A stretch of 63,791 nucleotides of DNA, the filler included, from Asterionella formosa (lineage: Eukaryota), in assembly GCA_002256025.1 (NCBI GenBank). It is 16 parts of 16 records of this genome, joined end to end, with 100 filler letters (N's around TTAATTAATTAA, not from the genome) between each part and the next. Parts side by side here need not be neighbours in the genome. Positions count along the whole stretch, not along the records: positions 48,991 to 51,020 come from NKIB01000590.1; positions 51,121 to 53,149 come from NKIB01000591.1; positions 53,250 to 55,278 come from NKIB01000592.1; positions 55,379 to 57,407 come from NKIB01000593.1; positions 57,508 to 59,535 come from NKIB01000596.1; positions 59,636 to 61,663 come from NKIB01000597.1; positions 61,764 to 63,791 come from NKIB01000598.1; 9 more parts are not named here. One strand, given 5' to 3'. Both the position numbers and the translations under genes were made by a program. Shown here in pieces: positions 48,891 through 62,435 of the stretch. Numbering within the stretch: position 1 is the first letter of the stretch; each line of letters begins with the position of its first letter. The notes below the pieces were generated by a model. That model had not been told where the DNA came from. It worked only from the letters and a program-made list of their open reading frames with translations, and did no database searches.

Positions 48891-50193
48891 NNNNNNNNNN
48901 NNNNNNNNNNNNNNNNNNNNNNNNNNNNNNNNNNTTAATTAATTAANNNNNNNNNNNNNNNNNNNNNNNNNNNNNNNNNNNNNNNNNNNNAGTCTAAACT
49001 CAAAAGGGCAATTACTGCTGGACAGCCCTGCCTAGGAGCTTATTACAAGCGCCATGCAATTTCTTTCTCAACACCTCTGGCACCCTTTACCCCCACCTCT
49101 CCCTCTCTTCCTCCCCAACATCTTTCCCTCCCTTCTACTGATAACCACGCAAAGCAAGAAGCGCTTGTGTCACCACTCCAACCCTCCACATACACTCTCT
49201 CCATCCCAGAACTTGCTGGCCACAAAAAAATTCTCAAACTTCATCTGGAAATCACTAGCTTCACCATGTTTGTATTGATGAACAACAGTTTGATCATTTT
49301 CTCAAATACTGGACGATTGTCCGGTGGAGGAACATGGTACACAGAATCTTGCAAGTTGTGGTAAAATTGCCGAAATGACGATTTGGACATCTCGGATATA
49401 CACGCCTGTAGTTCCAACACAAAACATGTAATCTGGCTAGCTCGGAAAACAGTTATCTTTCATTCATGGCATGATCGTTTTGAACTTTTAGAATTTGATT
49501 TGGCAGAAACTATTTTAGGGTCAAACTCATTCCCCCAATCCAAAAAATTGGGTGGTTTTACTGGAAAGCTAGATTTCATCAGGGTCAGCCAGATGCGGCC
49601 ACAGGAGAGGGATCAAAGAACATGATAGTCGACCCCTGCCAATGAGTGCACATGTCCGGGAATACATATAGCGGTACATGCACATACGGTTATACGTTTA
49701 ATATGAATGCTCTCTGCCTACCAGTACATACTGTGTATAATTACAATCGCTCATGAATCGAACAAACATGAGAAATTTCCCATTACCATGATTAAATGAT
49801 TATAAATTTTCGATTTTGTACAACTGCTTAACACTATTATTAGTTTCTTAGATAGAATACATGTGTTGCTAGCAAGTAGTGAAAGAAACAAACACGTAGC
49901 TTTGATATTCATTGCGAAATAGCTAACATTGAAAATCGGCAGAAGCTACATGGTGTTCGACCGCAATGACAATATCTCCATGATTTCTTGCTGGATCAAT
50001 AACCAAGTAGCTAGTTCGCACATAGTAACCGTTGTATATCAAGTAGACATATTCTATAATATCAGAAGCTGAAAACAACTACCGGTATTGGTTTTTAATT
50101 TGTGATTTATCTGTTAACAATAGGCATATCATCATTGTCATCATGTAACCGGTACCAAACCAGCAAACATCATGTTCCTATAACATACATGCT

Positions 50194-50392
50194 TGTGAAG
50201 TATCTAACTAGAAGTAGTAGTATTTGTTGAATATATGAGCTTATTTGTTAATCCTTGTGTGTAACTCGTTCTCCAAGTCGACACCAAAGTATACAATGAG
50301 GGTTAGTCGAGTTCTCTCATTATTGAGTTCTTATTCATATATGATATAACACTAACCCTATATACATCTGTATTGATGCGCAAGATCGCTCA
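50194..50392 (-). mobile_element. 3' LTR (199 bp) of a Gypsy element
   Basis: Minus strand TGAGCG...TTCACA directly after PPT GGGAGAG; near-identical to 1-188. Confidence 0.88.
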
Positions 50393-51020
50393 CTCTCCCA
50401 CACCAAGGGAAAACCTTTTACCTTTGAAAAGGTTTGATGTAATGGATATTAATTCGTTCCGTAGTATGCATAGTTTGTTGAAAAGTAACTGGACCATTGG
50501 CATATACTTGAATAAATAGAATAAGGACCTCGTCCATGGTTATCCAAGGTAGTAGGATTATCCGATAGGATTAAAACCTCATCAACAACCTTGTAATCGC
50601 AAGAACGACGACGGAAATTATCACGACGTAGTCATTTGTCAATTATCACTTATCGACATTGATATCCCAATATCAATTACATATCTGTAATCAAATCATG
50701 TTGGAAAACCCATGTTCCTGGTGAAAATACACAATGTACTATAAATAGTAGCTCGAGCTGCATATGATGCAGCAAACTGGTATCCACAATATTCTGAACT
50801 TGAAATTCCTTGATTGGAGGATGAGCCTTTAACATGACTTGTACATAGGCTTTTAATGTGTATGAAAGGAATACCAGTAAATTGACCTCCATTGTCATGT
50901 ATACAACCTTCTGGACGGAGATATCCGTCCAACCAATCATTTTTAAATTTCATCGCAATATATTCTGATGTCTTATTATTGATATGTGAAATTTCTGGTA
51001 AATTGGTGACTGTGTTAACT
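50393..51020 (-). mobile_element. Decayed Ty3/Gypsy integrase C-terminus
   Basis: WLDGYLRPEGCIHDNGGQFTG, and GPYS...YANGPVTFQ...TERINIHYIKPF (GPY/F region) just before the PPT. Confidence 0.85.
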
Positions 51021-52489
51021 NNNNNNNNNNNNNNNNNNNNNNNNNNNNNNNNNNNNNNNNNNNNTTAATTAATTAANNNNNNNNNNNNNNNNNNNNNNNN
51101 NNNNNNNNNNNNNNNNNNNNGCCAATCATAATTTTGGTTGAGGGCGGGCTATCATTGCTGCTTGCTGAGCTAGGGTGTTGTGCTGGTCTGGTGTGTGTGG
51201 TGATTGTGATACATATATGAAATGATGTATAATGTATATAATGACTTTTAGTGTCATCATCATATTTCAGCGAACAGTCGTCAACATTGGCTACTTCCAA
51301 CAACCAGCTACTCTTCCTTTCAAAAATGGTGGCTACAACATGGAACCGTGGGACCAAGAAACAGCACAAGGTATGCCATTGCAACCATCAGCTCAACCAA
51401 GGAGTGCACACAACCCGGAGTGCCACTTTCGGCATTCATTCCCAATGCACCATCCAAAAATGTTACTACTGGGGTGTAATCTGTAACACAGTAAAACACG
51501 AAAGAGTGAAGTTGTTCAGTTAACTGATAAATTACAAAAGCGTTCCTTGTAGATGCCTTGCAAGACAAGCAAACACATGTGATTTTACAAGAAACCTAGC
51601 GGCTTGTGTTAGATTTGTTGGCTTAATTGCTTCGGTGACCAAATTGATTGATCACACTTTTTTAATGGAAAGTAAGAAGCGCCAATAGTGTTGTTCTCTG
51701 CCGGATCAAAAGTTGCGAATTCAGTTTCAAATACCAGTACATTCTAGCTTGAAAATGGTATAACAAGAAACCACACAATGGACAACAGAACTAACTGTGC
51801 AGCATTGTCCGTACTCTAGAAGTCTAGTTACTAATATCCATTGTAGTAGATATCAAGATTTCTTGGCAGTGCCATGGCAATTTGTACTTGATGATCTGAT
51901 TTTAAGTGGAATGAGGAGTGTCAGTATCCATCACAAAATCAGGAGTATAGGTGGAAACGTTCTGTCATCAATTATTAGTCTCTATTAATATATTAGAAAG
52001 TCTGCAGAAAAAGGGATTGAAGAAATCCCTTGCGAATCAGGGATCTAAATGTTGAGGCTCTGTGCCAATGCTTTTTCATAGTATCAGTATAAAAATATAA
52101 GAAAGCAAACAGCTAGAGTTGCCTTGAGATATTTTATGGACAAGTGAAAGAAGGTGGCTACACATATCGTTTGGGAACCAAGAGTGTTCATATTCATACA
52201 TATGAGAAACCCCTCCTATTATTTCTAGATACAAAGTAGCCTACCTGTATATATAGCGCCACTTTACAATACATAGATTTCAACATTTAGGTTCATTACC
52301 TCAGGACTGATAAAATAAAATATTTCTGATAACAGCTTTTTCTGATAAACAAACCTTGTGATAAGATGTCAAAAAGTATCCAAGCATCTTTGACATAAGA
52401 TGAATGTTATTTGATCGCGGTGGCTCCTGATTTTTAACCTATGAATGGGTTGCACTTCAGGATATTTCGTTGTCCATCGAACATTAATA

Positions 52490-52890
52490 ATTAATATATA
52501 CCATGCATAGCCGGTTCCTTTTCTTCCTTTGCCAGACTCTTTCATACAACATGATGATCGCAAAATTTAATCCGCCAGCTTGCATCCTGCAACAGAAGTA
52601 CTAGGTCTTTATACATTCTGCAAGTTTGCTTATTTTTCCAGCTGGTTAAATTATGATTGATTCTTTACAAAATACCATGTCCTGTAGTATGGATGTATCA
52701 TTGTTTTCTGCATGTCATTGATTTCTATAATGATTTGGACCATTTACATAATGGGTTCTTGTTATACTTTGATGCACCCATCAAGGATTTTTACATCAAC
52801 AAGCTTTAGAAGCAGTAAAAGCATTGTTAGCTGCAGATAGACTCATGGGTTATCCTGATCATAATTTTTTATTTCCATATTTTTACTGAG
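52490..52890 (+). mobile_element. Heavily decayed Gypsy pol fragment
   Basis: 52793-52890 reads HQQALEAVKALLAADRLMGYPDHN..(F)HIFTE, like the RT-RNase H junction. Confidence 0.55.
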
Positions 52891-53249
52891 GTGCGAACCG
52901 GAGTTACCAAATTTGGTCAACGCTTACACAGATTTTTAACAGTTAGAAATAATAATGCATTAAATAAAATTATTTTCATACATGTGTGACTACATGTAAT
53001 TTGCCGGAATATTTCAAGACTGGCTTGCTCATACCCAAAATGGCCTGCTCTCAGCAAAAAAGGTATGCATAATTACAATACAGTACATGTCAATCTTCCA
53101 AAAGGTATTTAACTCAAAGGGATACCTTCATCTTTTTTTGTTGAACTGTNNNNNNNNNNNNNNNNNNNNNNNNNNNNNNNNNNNNNNNNNNNNTTAATTA
53201 ATTAANNNNNNNNNNNNNNNNNNNNNNNNNNNNNNNNNNNNNNNNNNNN

Positions 53250-55278
53250 CCGGCAACGGTCTGCAGATGTTTTGCCTTCGACTGTCTTTCGTTCACAATA
53301 AATGATCCAAAAGTTCCGGCTATGAATGGAAAAGAGAAAACAAGGAGGAACCAGGCGAAGAAAGCATCTTCAGCTTGACCAAAAGAATTTTCCCTTGCGG
53401 TGATGGGCAGTGGATGAATTGTCGCTGTAATGGTATAGGCGTTGTCATCTAAAGCCTCCCGAAGAATGGCTTGATCAGCAAGGGCCTGGTAGAGAGGGCT
53501 AGCATGTACAGACGTGAAGTTGTAGTTGACAACATAGCCGATTCCTTGCAGATACTCACAGAACGACGCATTGAAATAGTCTAAGGAAGCTGCAGCGGAC
53601 TTGCAATTTGCAATAACCTCGTTGTAGTAATCAGTAGAGTTGGTATCGTGCGAAAAGTGAAGCGATCCGTACTGGGATGCAAGAAATGATGATGACGTAT
53701 TGTATACGCTTTTGGACGTCTGTTAAAGGGAATGAATGGGTTAGCACAGAGAGGAAGGAACTCAGAGTATTTGCGTGAGAAAAAGACTCACATCGATGAT
53801 GTAAGTGAGGCCTTGTACACCCACTCCAGTGGCTTCGGATTCATCCAGCCTACTCATGATATCATTCGAGTCCGCAATGGGACATAAAGGACCACAGTAT
53901 TCCTCACTGCATGTGCTAGTCGCAAAAGCTTCTCCGAAAAAAGGGGCACCGCAAAAGGCATAAGATTCCCCTGTTAGAGGTATAGAAAATAAGTCATTAC
54001 TGAGACAAAATCCAGGTTGGCAAGCGAAATCGGCTGATCCTGCATCGTTAAAAGGAATCGGATTTCGGATTTCAGTTGTAGCTTCTTTGTTAAATGCATC
54101 TAGGTTCAACTCGAGAGCGGTCAAATTTCGATTGGGAGATATGAACGTGAACATAAGTAGACCAATCATAACCGTGACGGTTGGAATGATAGTACTGCAC
54201 ACCCAGGCTTTCTTATCGCGCTATTCAATACGGAATGAAATTGAAAAGTGTGAGAATAAGCAATATTTCTTCGAAGCAATCTCTTCGCTTTGCCACCACG
54301 TTCTTACCTTGAAATTCAAAGCTCTCTTTTGGAACAAGGCTTGAAAATGTCGTAGAAAAAGTCCTTCGTTCTCAAGATCCATTCTGGAGCGAAACGATTT
54401 GTCCTCGTTGTCTATAACTTCACCCTCTAAGGCCATGACGTGTTTTGATGATTTAAGTTCAGTCTTTTCTCCAGAGTCACCACGAGCAACCAATAGGAAA
54501 ACTTCATCTAGTGTCGTGATTGACACTCCATACGTCACGATTGATTCATTGCCGACTTCTGCATCAAGGGCTTCAAACATTGTAGTGAAACTTGATGCCG
54601 CGCCAAGGGGTAGTTGGAAGCTCATTTCTGTGCCCACGTTACTCAATAATTTCGCTTCTTTGACCACACTGTGCACTATTTCTCGAAGTGTATCATCTAC
54701 ATTGTCATCATTCGACGCATGATTAGAAGATCCAATGGACTTTGGATTCTTCTCGATGGTTAACTGGTAACCAACACCATAATGTTTTTTAAGGAAAAGG
54801 GAACTTCCTGCACATCTAAGCTGACCAGATGCCATGATTGCAATGCGATCCCCAAGGATATCTGCCTCGTCCTGTATTGCAAAGGAAAATGTAAGTTTGA
54901 ATCAAGGGTTGCCATGAGTTGACAGTTTGAACACTTGTTGCAATACACACCATGAAATGAGTGGTGAGAATAATGCAACGATCTTGGCGATAGTGGCGAA
55001 TTACATTCCAAGTAAAACGTCGACTGAAAGGATCCATCCCTTTCGGAAAAGAGATGGTTAGGAAAAAATTGGCGACAAAGCAATAACACAACAAAAGTTC
55101 GTACCACTCGTAGGCTCGTCAAGGAGGACGGTCTTACTGTCACCACAAAAAGCAATGGCGACACTCAATTTTCTTTTCATCCCTCCACTCAAGTTCTTCG
55201 TGTATGTGTTTCTCTTTTCCAAAAGTGCCACATCGTCCATCGAGGTCTGGATCTTCTCAGCAATTTCTTGTCTCGAAT
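53250..55278 (-). CDS. ABC transporter subfamily A, internal multi-exon fragment
   Basis: LSGGMKRKLSVAIA, LLDEPTSG|MDPFSRR, IILTTHFM|DEADILGDRIAIM, GSSLFLKKHYGVGY and YGVSITTLDEVFL; short GT-AG introns. Confidence 0.93.
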
Positions 55279-55378
55279 NNNNNNNNNNNNNNNNNNNNNN
55301 NNNNNNNNNNNNNNNNNNNNNNTTAATTAATTAANNNNNNNNNNNNNNNNNNNNNNNNNNNNNNNNNNNNNNNNNNNN

Positions 55379-55746
55379 GGTACTCGTTGAGCATCGTTTA
55401 GCATTGCATGTCTCCGCAGTGAATCGAAATTGAGTTGTGCCACAATGGCCTTCTCCGTTTCGGAGCAGCTACAAATATTCTACAGCGATAACTATAGCAA
55501 GAACAATATAGAAAAAGAAGGAAAGAATGAGTAGCTGTCGACAATTGAATCAGTAAATTCGTTAAGAAACAGCTGTTGCATATTTTAATCTTGCATGTCG
55601 CCGTAGTGAGTCAAAATTGAGATGTGCCGCAATGGCCTTCTCCGTTTCGGAGCAGCTACAAATAGTCTACAACGATAACTTTAGCAAGCACAATATAGAA
55701 AAAGAAGGAAAGAATGAGTAGCTGTCGACAATTGAATTAGTAAATC
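55379..55746 (+). repeat. Tandem duplication with 187-nt period
   Basis: ttgcatgtc at 55404 and 55591; both units run on to gtagctgtcgacaattgaat. Confidence 0.9.
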
Positions 55747-55828
55747 AGTAATATTAGTAATAATTTTGGTTCCTAGTTCATTTGCCCTTTGACAATAGTC
55801 AATTCGTCAAAATTGAAATTCATTTTCA

Positions 55829-57407
55829 CTAAACTGGAGTGAAGTTCAATTGTCTTGCAACTTCTTTCATTGACGGTTTGAAATACTCATATTCACTCCT
55901 AGTTTCATTTGCCATCTTGATTCTTTCATCTGTCGTCTCCACTGATTCTTCGTCTAATTTGCTTTTCTTGAACCTGTAAAAGTCCCTGTGCAACTTTGCG
56001 TAGATCTTCTTCTTAGCCACTTTGTATTTACTCTCGCCCTTTGCTGCAACCTCCTCGAATTTTTTAATGTAGCTCTCGTCATTCATCATCCCTTCTTTAA
56101 TTTCATCTCCAAAAAGGTCTGGGGGTGCAATGTTCTGATCAATACAAGCCTTATAAATTTCACTCTTTTTCTTCATCCGAAGCTCCACATACATCTTTCT
56201 CTTCATCTCTTGGAAGTACCAATCTGTAGCACCCTTGACTTGGTCTGAGGGAAAGTGAATAATCACGTTCAAACTCTTTGTACTCTTTGAACTCTTTTCA
56301 CTCTTAGTACTACCAGTTGTTATCCTTGAAGTTCTTCCTGAAATAACTTGTGGAGTCAATCCACTCATGGAAGATGCCGGAGTTGTGCTTACTGAAAGAG
56401 AAATGGCCACTAGATCATTACGAACTCTAATGGCATGCACACTGTTGTTCCCTGGCGTAACTTCAATGAAAATGTCCATCAGTTGGTCAATATTTTCCAT
56501 GAACATCAGTTCAACAATTCCACTTTGTTCACTTCCCCGAAGTGACTAACCTTGTGGAACTCCATCCAAAACAAGAAGATTGGACTTAAAGCTGCCCTCC
56601 AACTGCCTGCTCATGGCAGTTGTCCTTTGATGAACAACTATCTCATATAGGCTGTTGAACATGGTATATCCCTTTGCGTCCCAGCCCCCATATCTCTTTC
56701 CCTGTCCTCCAGTACCGGTATAAACGTATTTTGGTGCAGGAGTATCATCTTCATGACCTTTCATCATTGCCTTATGCAACCAGACATCCCAACAATTCTC
56801 CAAGACCAACAATGAAAAAACCTCGTCAGAAACACTAACAATGTCACTGACATGCTTCTTAGCACACTGTCGTTTCCAAGACAGCTTTCGCCCAACCATG
56901 GAATAAAAGTACTCAACTAGAAGGAAGAAAGGATGATTCTTGGCTCCTTCTCCATCACCTTTCTCCTGAATAGAAACAGAACGGCTGTTGGAGATGGTAT
57001 GCTTATTCAGATGAATGTGCATACCATCACGAAAAAGTTCTGAAGTTTTGTAGATTGGAATGGAATGATTTGTAAGTAGTAAACAATGAGTATGTTAACC
57101 AAGTCAAGAACAAATCAGGCATACCACCAAGTCAAGTTATTTACTTACTAGCAAAGGCATTTTTGAGAGTGGTAACAACGGCATTTCTTTTCTCAGACAT
57201 CACTTTATTAATATCGTTCTTATATATCTGCCAAATTGACTCGAAGTCCTTATCGGTTCCCATGAATAGACTTGGGAAGGGAGCACGAAATGAGAGTGCC
57301 AGACTAGTTGGTCCCCTTTCATCAAGTTCAATATCACCTGTGATAAACTTGACTTTTGGGAAAAGTTCAAGTTTGACCCATTGACCATCATTTCGGGTCC
57401 AATGCTT
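55829..57407 (-). CDS. Hypothetical spliced gene or genes, probably transposon-borne
   Basis: Two long adjacent minus ORFs (DEVFSLLVLENCWDVW...RYGGWDAKG..FNSL; then a Lys/Glu-rich one), next to a dispersed repeat. Confidence 0.45.
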
Positions 57408-60400
57408 NNNNNNNNNNNNNNNNNNNNNNNNNNNNNNNNNNNNNNNNNNNNTTAATTAATTAANNNNNNNNNNNNNNNNNNNNNNNNNNNNNNNNNNNNN
57501 NNNNNNNCACCTGCTGAAATTATTGAATTGTTAGAGGAGTCAGCAGAGGAGTGGACGAAACGGGCTGCGACTGATGGTTGGGGTGCGTTTTCAGCCGATT
57601 TTGAAGAAGGGTTCTAATATAGAAGGGAATAGTGTCAGTTTTTCCCCATGTGGTCGATCTTGAAACTTCAGAAAATCTTTAAAATAGTACCATTGCTACA
57701 CATGATCAATGACTTTTTGATGCGCGGACTGCTTTGTACTATTCTTTGAAACACTGCGTTCTTGGAATGTTGCACTGGAAGGGAGTGAATCGTTCCCATC
57801 CCTCTTTCGAGTACAAACATGTAGCTAATAGACTCTATTTGTTGTCATCGGCATACAAGAAAGATAAAGCATTCTCCGTAAGCATCAGTCATCCAACCCC
57901 AGGTACAGTGCTGTCAACTGCTTCATGAGTACCGTAGTGTAGTGAAATACAATACAGGTCAATGTTACAGTCTTTCATCCCGGAGTGAACGAGAAATAAT
58001 ACACACAAGGGACGACCAGAAACAGGTGGCAAGGACCAACATACAACGACTGCCTCTGCATGACTAGACAAGACAGCTACCTCAATACCTCACAATAGCC
58101 GCTATGTCTGCCGGTCTTGCTTTTTTTGAATTTGAGATTCGTGCAAAGTGGGATCGTATGCTTTCACCACACTAAGTCTAAATTGAAAGTACTATCGCTG
58201 GTCATGACCGTTTTCAATCTAATACGATTAATTAATGCGACCTTACGCTCGCTGTGAATGGCGTTAAGGACTTCAAACTATCGCCATTTTCAATGCTCAG
58301 GATCGTAGAATGGGATCGTACCTATTTAAAATCAAGAATCGTTCAACTACCCTTAACATTCAAATCTACTTCTCAGCCAGTTTGTTAAATAGAATCTCTC
58401 CATTTTTCACGCAGCACCTTAGCTATCCTGGCAAGAAGAAACGCTCAACTGCAACCTCGTTCTACGTTCAGCTCATGGTCTGTGCTTACCCATGGCCAGG
58501 CAGTATCTTTGTTAGCTTTATGGGATTCCGTAACAAGCAAGCATCACTTTATCCATTCAGGTACGATGGTGACGCTGTGAACACAACGTACGTTAAATAC
58601 ATCTATGATACCTAGGCCGTCCTACCTGGTACAGTTTGAACGATAGGCGAAGGAAATATTCGCTCATTATTTCCTCGTTGCTCAAGTCGTCAGCCATCGG
58701 TCCGCACCGCCGTCGTTTTTCAAAGTTGTACTACAGCCAACCAGCATGCCGGTAGTGTGCCAGGTGCTATGTGTTTATGGTACCTGGTACCAGGTACCCC
58801 GGAGTACCAAGTAATTACCAGGTAATATTTTACTCGCGTCAATTTTGATTTCGACCTTTCAATCTGTGTACCAGGGTACCAGGTACCAGGTACCAGGAAC
58901 AACTTACGAACATACTGGTACCTGGTACTTACTTTTGCTATCCATCATGTTGTTGTGGCTCGGCATGCATAAGTAGAGAAATATTCACACTCCTTCTGAT
59001 ACCAAGCTAAAAATGAATCATCCACATGATGAATATTTATTATGTATACAGAATGTATGCCTGTTAGATACTGTGTACCAGGTACCAGGTACCTGGTACT
59101 GTAGCAGAGGATAAGTATACTTGGGTAGGTGGGAGGGAGTACTAGGAGGTGTACCAGGTACGCCTGCTGACAAATGTATGGACGGTAACCTATAGTCTAC
59201 CTGTCTCGAATCGTACATCTTTGCGTACGATGCTCACACTCAACAAATATGTAGCTACCTGTATGGACCACTGGTGTAGACCACATTACAGGTAAGTCTT
59301 GTTTGACGATGGCAGAGGCAGCAAACTGCTCCCGTGAAAACGTCGACCTCGCGCAGCCAAAATTTTGACGCGATTTCGCCTTGTCTGTTACTTACACATC
59401 ATTGGCCGCATTCGGATACATTAGTGTCCCTCCTTCTTTGCTTCGTGTTACCTGAGTTCATGTGCGAGGCCTATAGCCCAACGGCAGGGCCAATATTTTG
59501 ACTGATCCGAATGAATTAACTGCTTCCAAGAACCGNNNNNNNNNNNNNNNNNNNNNNNNNNNNNNNNNNNNNNNNNNNNTTAATTAATTAANNNNNNNNN
59601 NNNNNNNNNNNNNNNNNNNNNNNNNNNNNNNNNNNGTGTAAGTCACAACCCATGTGTATCATTATTTATATGCAAGGATTTTGGTAGCTGATTATTTAAG
59701 CCCCTTACTTGGCGGGAGTTCTTCGTGTGTGCATCATATGATCATAACATTTTATCATATATGCAACATGTGAGGGACCTTTGATAAGTTTTAAACGCAT
59801 CATCACCAGTGCAGGAAGTGCGAGATTTGTAGGAGGGTTGGTGAGTCTTTTTGATTTTCTTCTTGGATGCTGGGGGATGGGGACTATTCCAGGAATTTGG
59901 CGATTGAATTTTGCCCCTATTTCAGACTTGGTTGTGTTCCAGGACAGAAGTATCGAATTTGGCAGGCTGGACCACAACATTGCTAGTGAGTGTGTCTCAT
60001 TCTGCAGTTGGAGGAGTGAAGGTTGGATTTATAAGCTGGTGCAGTGGTGCTGGAGTCGACATCGAGATGAAGCTTCGATTGTGTGTGTTTACTTTCTTCA
60101 TTTGTTTGGTGTGCCCTCATGATGATAATTGATGTAATTACCTCCTGAGGTGTTGAATGGCAAGGGGCACAGCAAATCGGCAATGCTCAAACCACCAAGG
60201 GGGGATTGTGAAACTTTTCCCATGTGATTGAGATATATGTGAATGTCAATTAGAGGAACATTCAGTTTTATGAGGGAACAAAATCTTAGCAAAGGGTTTA
60301 CAGAATTGACATTTAGTAAGTTATCATGTAATGAGGGAACTGAGTAGGTGCTACAACAAGGTGACTGTAGTATGTCATGCACCTCCCACACTTAGGAGCC

Positions 60401-60709
60401 AGAATGGTGAATAATGGAGTAGATGATACAATTGTATGATGGAGGTGGCAAAAATTCACATAGTGTCTGATTCACTGTGACCCTTCTTGAAAGAACTCAA
60501 AATAAGTCTTATGCAACCATTCGAGCTCATTTAATGCTGCCAATGCGCCTGTAGGTTGGCAAGAGCATTCACATCAAGGCGACCATGACCAGGTTGGGGT
60601 ACATTCATCCAATGGAAAGCATTGATTATACAAAGGTTACCATTGTTGCTGCATGGACGTGTTTGAGGTATATAAATATAAAAATCAGTTCAATTTATTT
60701 GGATTTGTA

Positions 60710-60859
60710 ATAATAACAGCGATCCTACTAGCACTGGTGAGCACCCTTGCTACCCATGGAGGGTGACGTATATTTACAGCTACACATAATAACAGCGATC
60801 CTACTAGCACTGGTGAGCACCCTTGCTCACCATGGAGGGTGACGTATATTTACAGCTAC
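60710..60859. repeat. Near-perfect 76-bp tandem duplication
   Basis: ataataacagcgatcctactagcactggtgagcacc...tttacagctac at 60710 and 60786. Confidence 0.92.
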
Positions 60860-60916
60860 CCAATCAAATGAGTCCGTTTCAATGCCACTGCAGCTACAAA
60901 GTATACAACACGCTAC

Positions 60917-61360
60917 AAACCACAAGAATTGACTAGAAACTCATGAGGATAGACCAAAATGACCGAAATCCACCCAAGAACAGCATCTTAAATTCAGGGA
61001 GGATTTTGACAATGTCCCCGCATTCACAAATCAAATCCATTGAGTTTTTTTTCGCCCCACCATACCTACATGGTATATACTGAACAACAAGCAAATGAAA
61101 GAACCACAAGAATTGACAAGAAATTCATGGAGATAGACCAAATGACCGAAATCCACCAACAACATTATGAAATTGAGTGAGGCTTCTGACAATGTCCCTG
61201 CATCCAAATCAGATCCAGACAGTCTGTTTTTGTCCCACTGTACCTCCTTTACAGTGAATACTGAACAGCAAACAGATGAAAGAACCAAAATAATTGACAA
61301 GGAACTCATGAAGATAGACCATATGAGCAAAATTTATCCAACAGCATCATTCAGTTGAGG
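60917..61360. repeat. Diverged ~182-nt tandem repeat, about 2.5 copies
   Basis: aacca..a.aattgac...tcatg..gatagacca recurs near 60918, 61102 and 61283. Confidence 0.8.
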
Positions 61361-61536
61361 AATGCCTAGTCAAATTTTAGGAAAGAAAATATGAAACAAA
61401 CAAAAGAACAAATCCAGGGTCTCGACCCACCTGCAAGACAGGTGTTAGTATTTATGGACTGCCTTGCCACGAAAACTGATGGCCAAACCTTTTTTACTTC
61501 TTTTCAAGACTCCTACACAAGGTACCTGGTAGTGAT

Positions 61537-61663
61537 TGTTAATATCTGCATATGATGCTCCATACATGCGCCGTACGAACCATACCGGCGCAGCCACCAG
61601 ATTAGGTACATGCGTGAGTGCTGACAACGATGTACTTGGAACAGCAATAGAATAGTCATAATA
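61537..61663 (+). mobile_element. Second copy of the Copia LTR (5' or solo), cut by gap
   Basis: Reverse complement of 40509-40635 with 7 substitutions; starts TGTTAA; no PPT upstream. Confidence 0.88.
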
Positions 61664-62435
61664 NNNNNNNNNNNNNNNNNNNNNNNNNNNNNNNNNNNNN
61701 NNNNNNNTTAATTAATTAANNNNNNNNNNNNNNNNNNNNNNNNNNNNNNNNNNNNNNNNNNNNGTTGAGCGAATAAGCTTATTCTACGATTCTTTAATTG
61801 AGACAATTTTTTTTCGAGGAAAGGAATCCGATCCTGATTGCTCCCAGGATCGACATTGCTTGAGCTTGGATTCATCGATGGTTGAAGCAGGCGCTGGATA
61901 GCCATTGCATGGATCGAAACTAATGACTCATCTTTAAGACTTTGGTCTTTCGGATCTTTAACTTCCCTTGATATTTGATCACTGTTTCCGTTACGATTGC
62001 TATTGGCAGCCACCAAAGCTTCTTCCGGGATCTCCATCTGGGTCGCTACGAATCGCCATGGTGCTCCATGGAACGATAAAAAATGGCGCGCCCTGATTTG
62101 CATGATCACCATGCTGCCCAGAAGGATATTTCGTGACTAAACTCTAGTCCCGTGTAGTTGGCTTACCGGTGTTACTAAAAGCTTTTTCTGTGCCCCTATT
62201 TCAACAGGCCTTTCATATGTGTACGGCTCCGTGTGGACCGGAACAAGGGAAACGCTGCGTTGTGCCGGTAGGTGAATCCTCACTTAATTAATTTGCTTTG
62301 GTTCCTTGTGGCAGGTACGACAATGATGTTCAACGTTAAAGGAACGCCACGATACCTTTACCTTGCAATGTGAGCGCAAAGGGGCAATGGAGAGCACTAC
62401 AATGTGACGAAAGACAAGGTTAAACGCTTTATCAC

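Noticed and set aside
31835..61763. Regularly spaced TTAATTAATTAA as a CRISPR-like or periodic array
   Set aside because: Artificial linker embedded in Ns.
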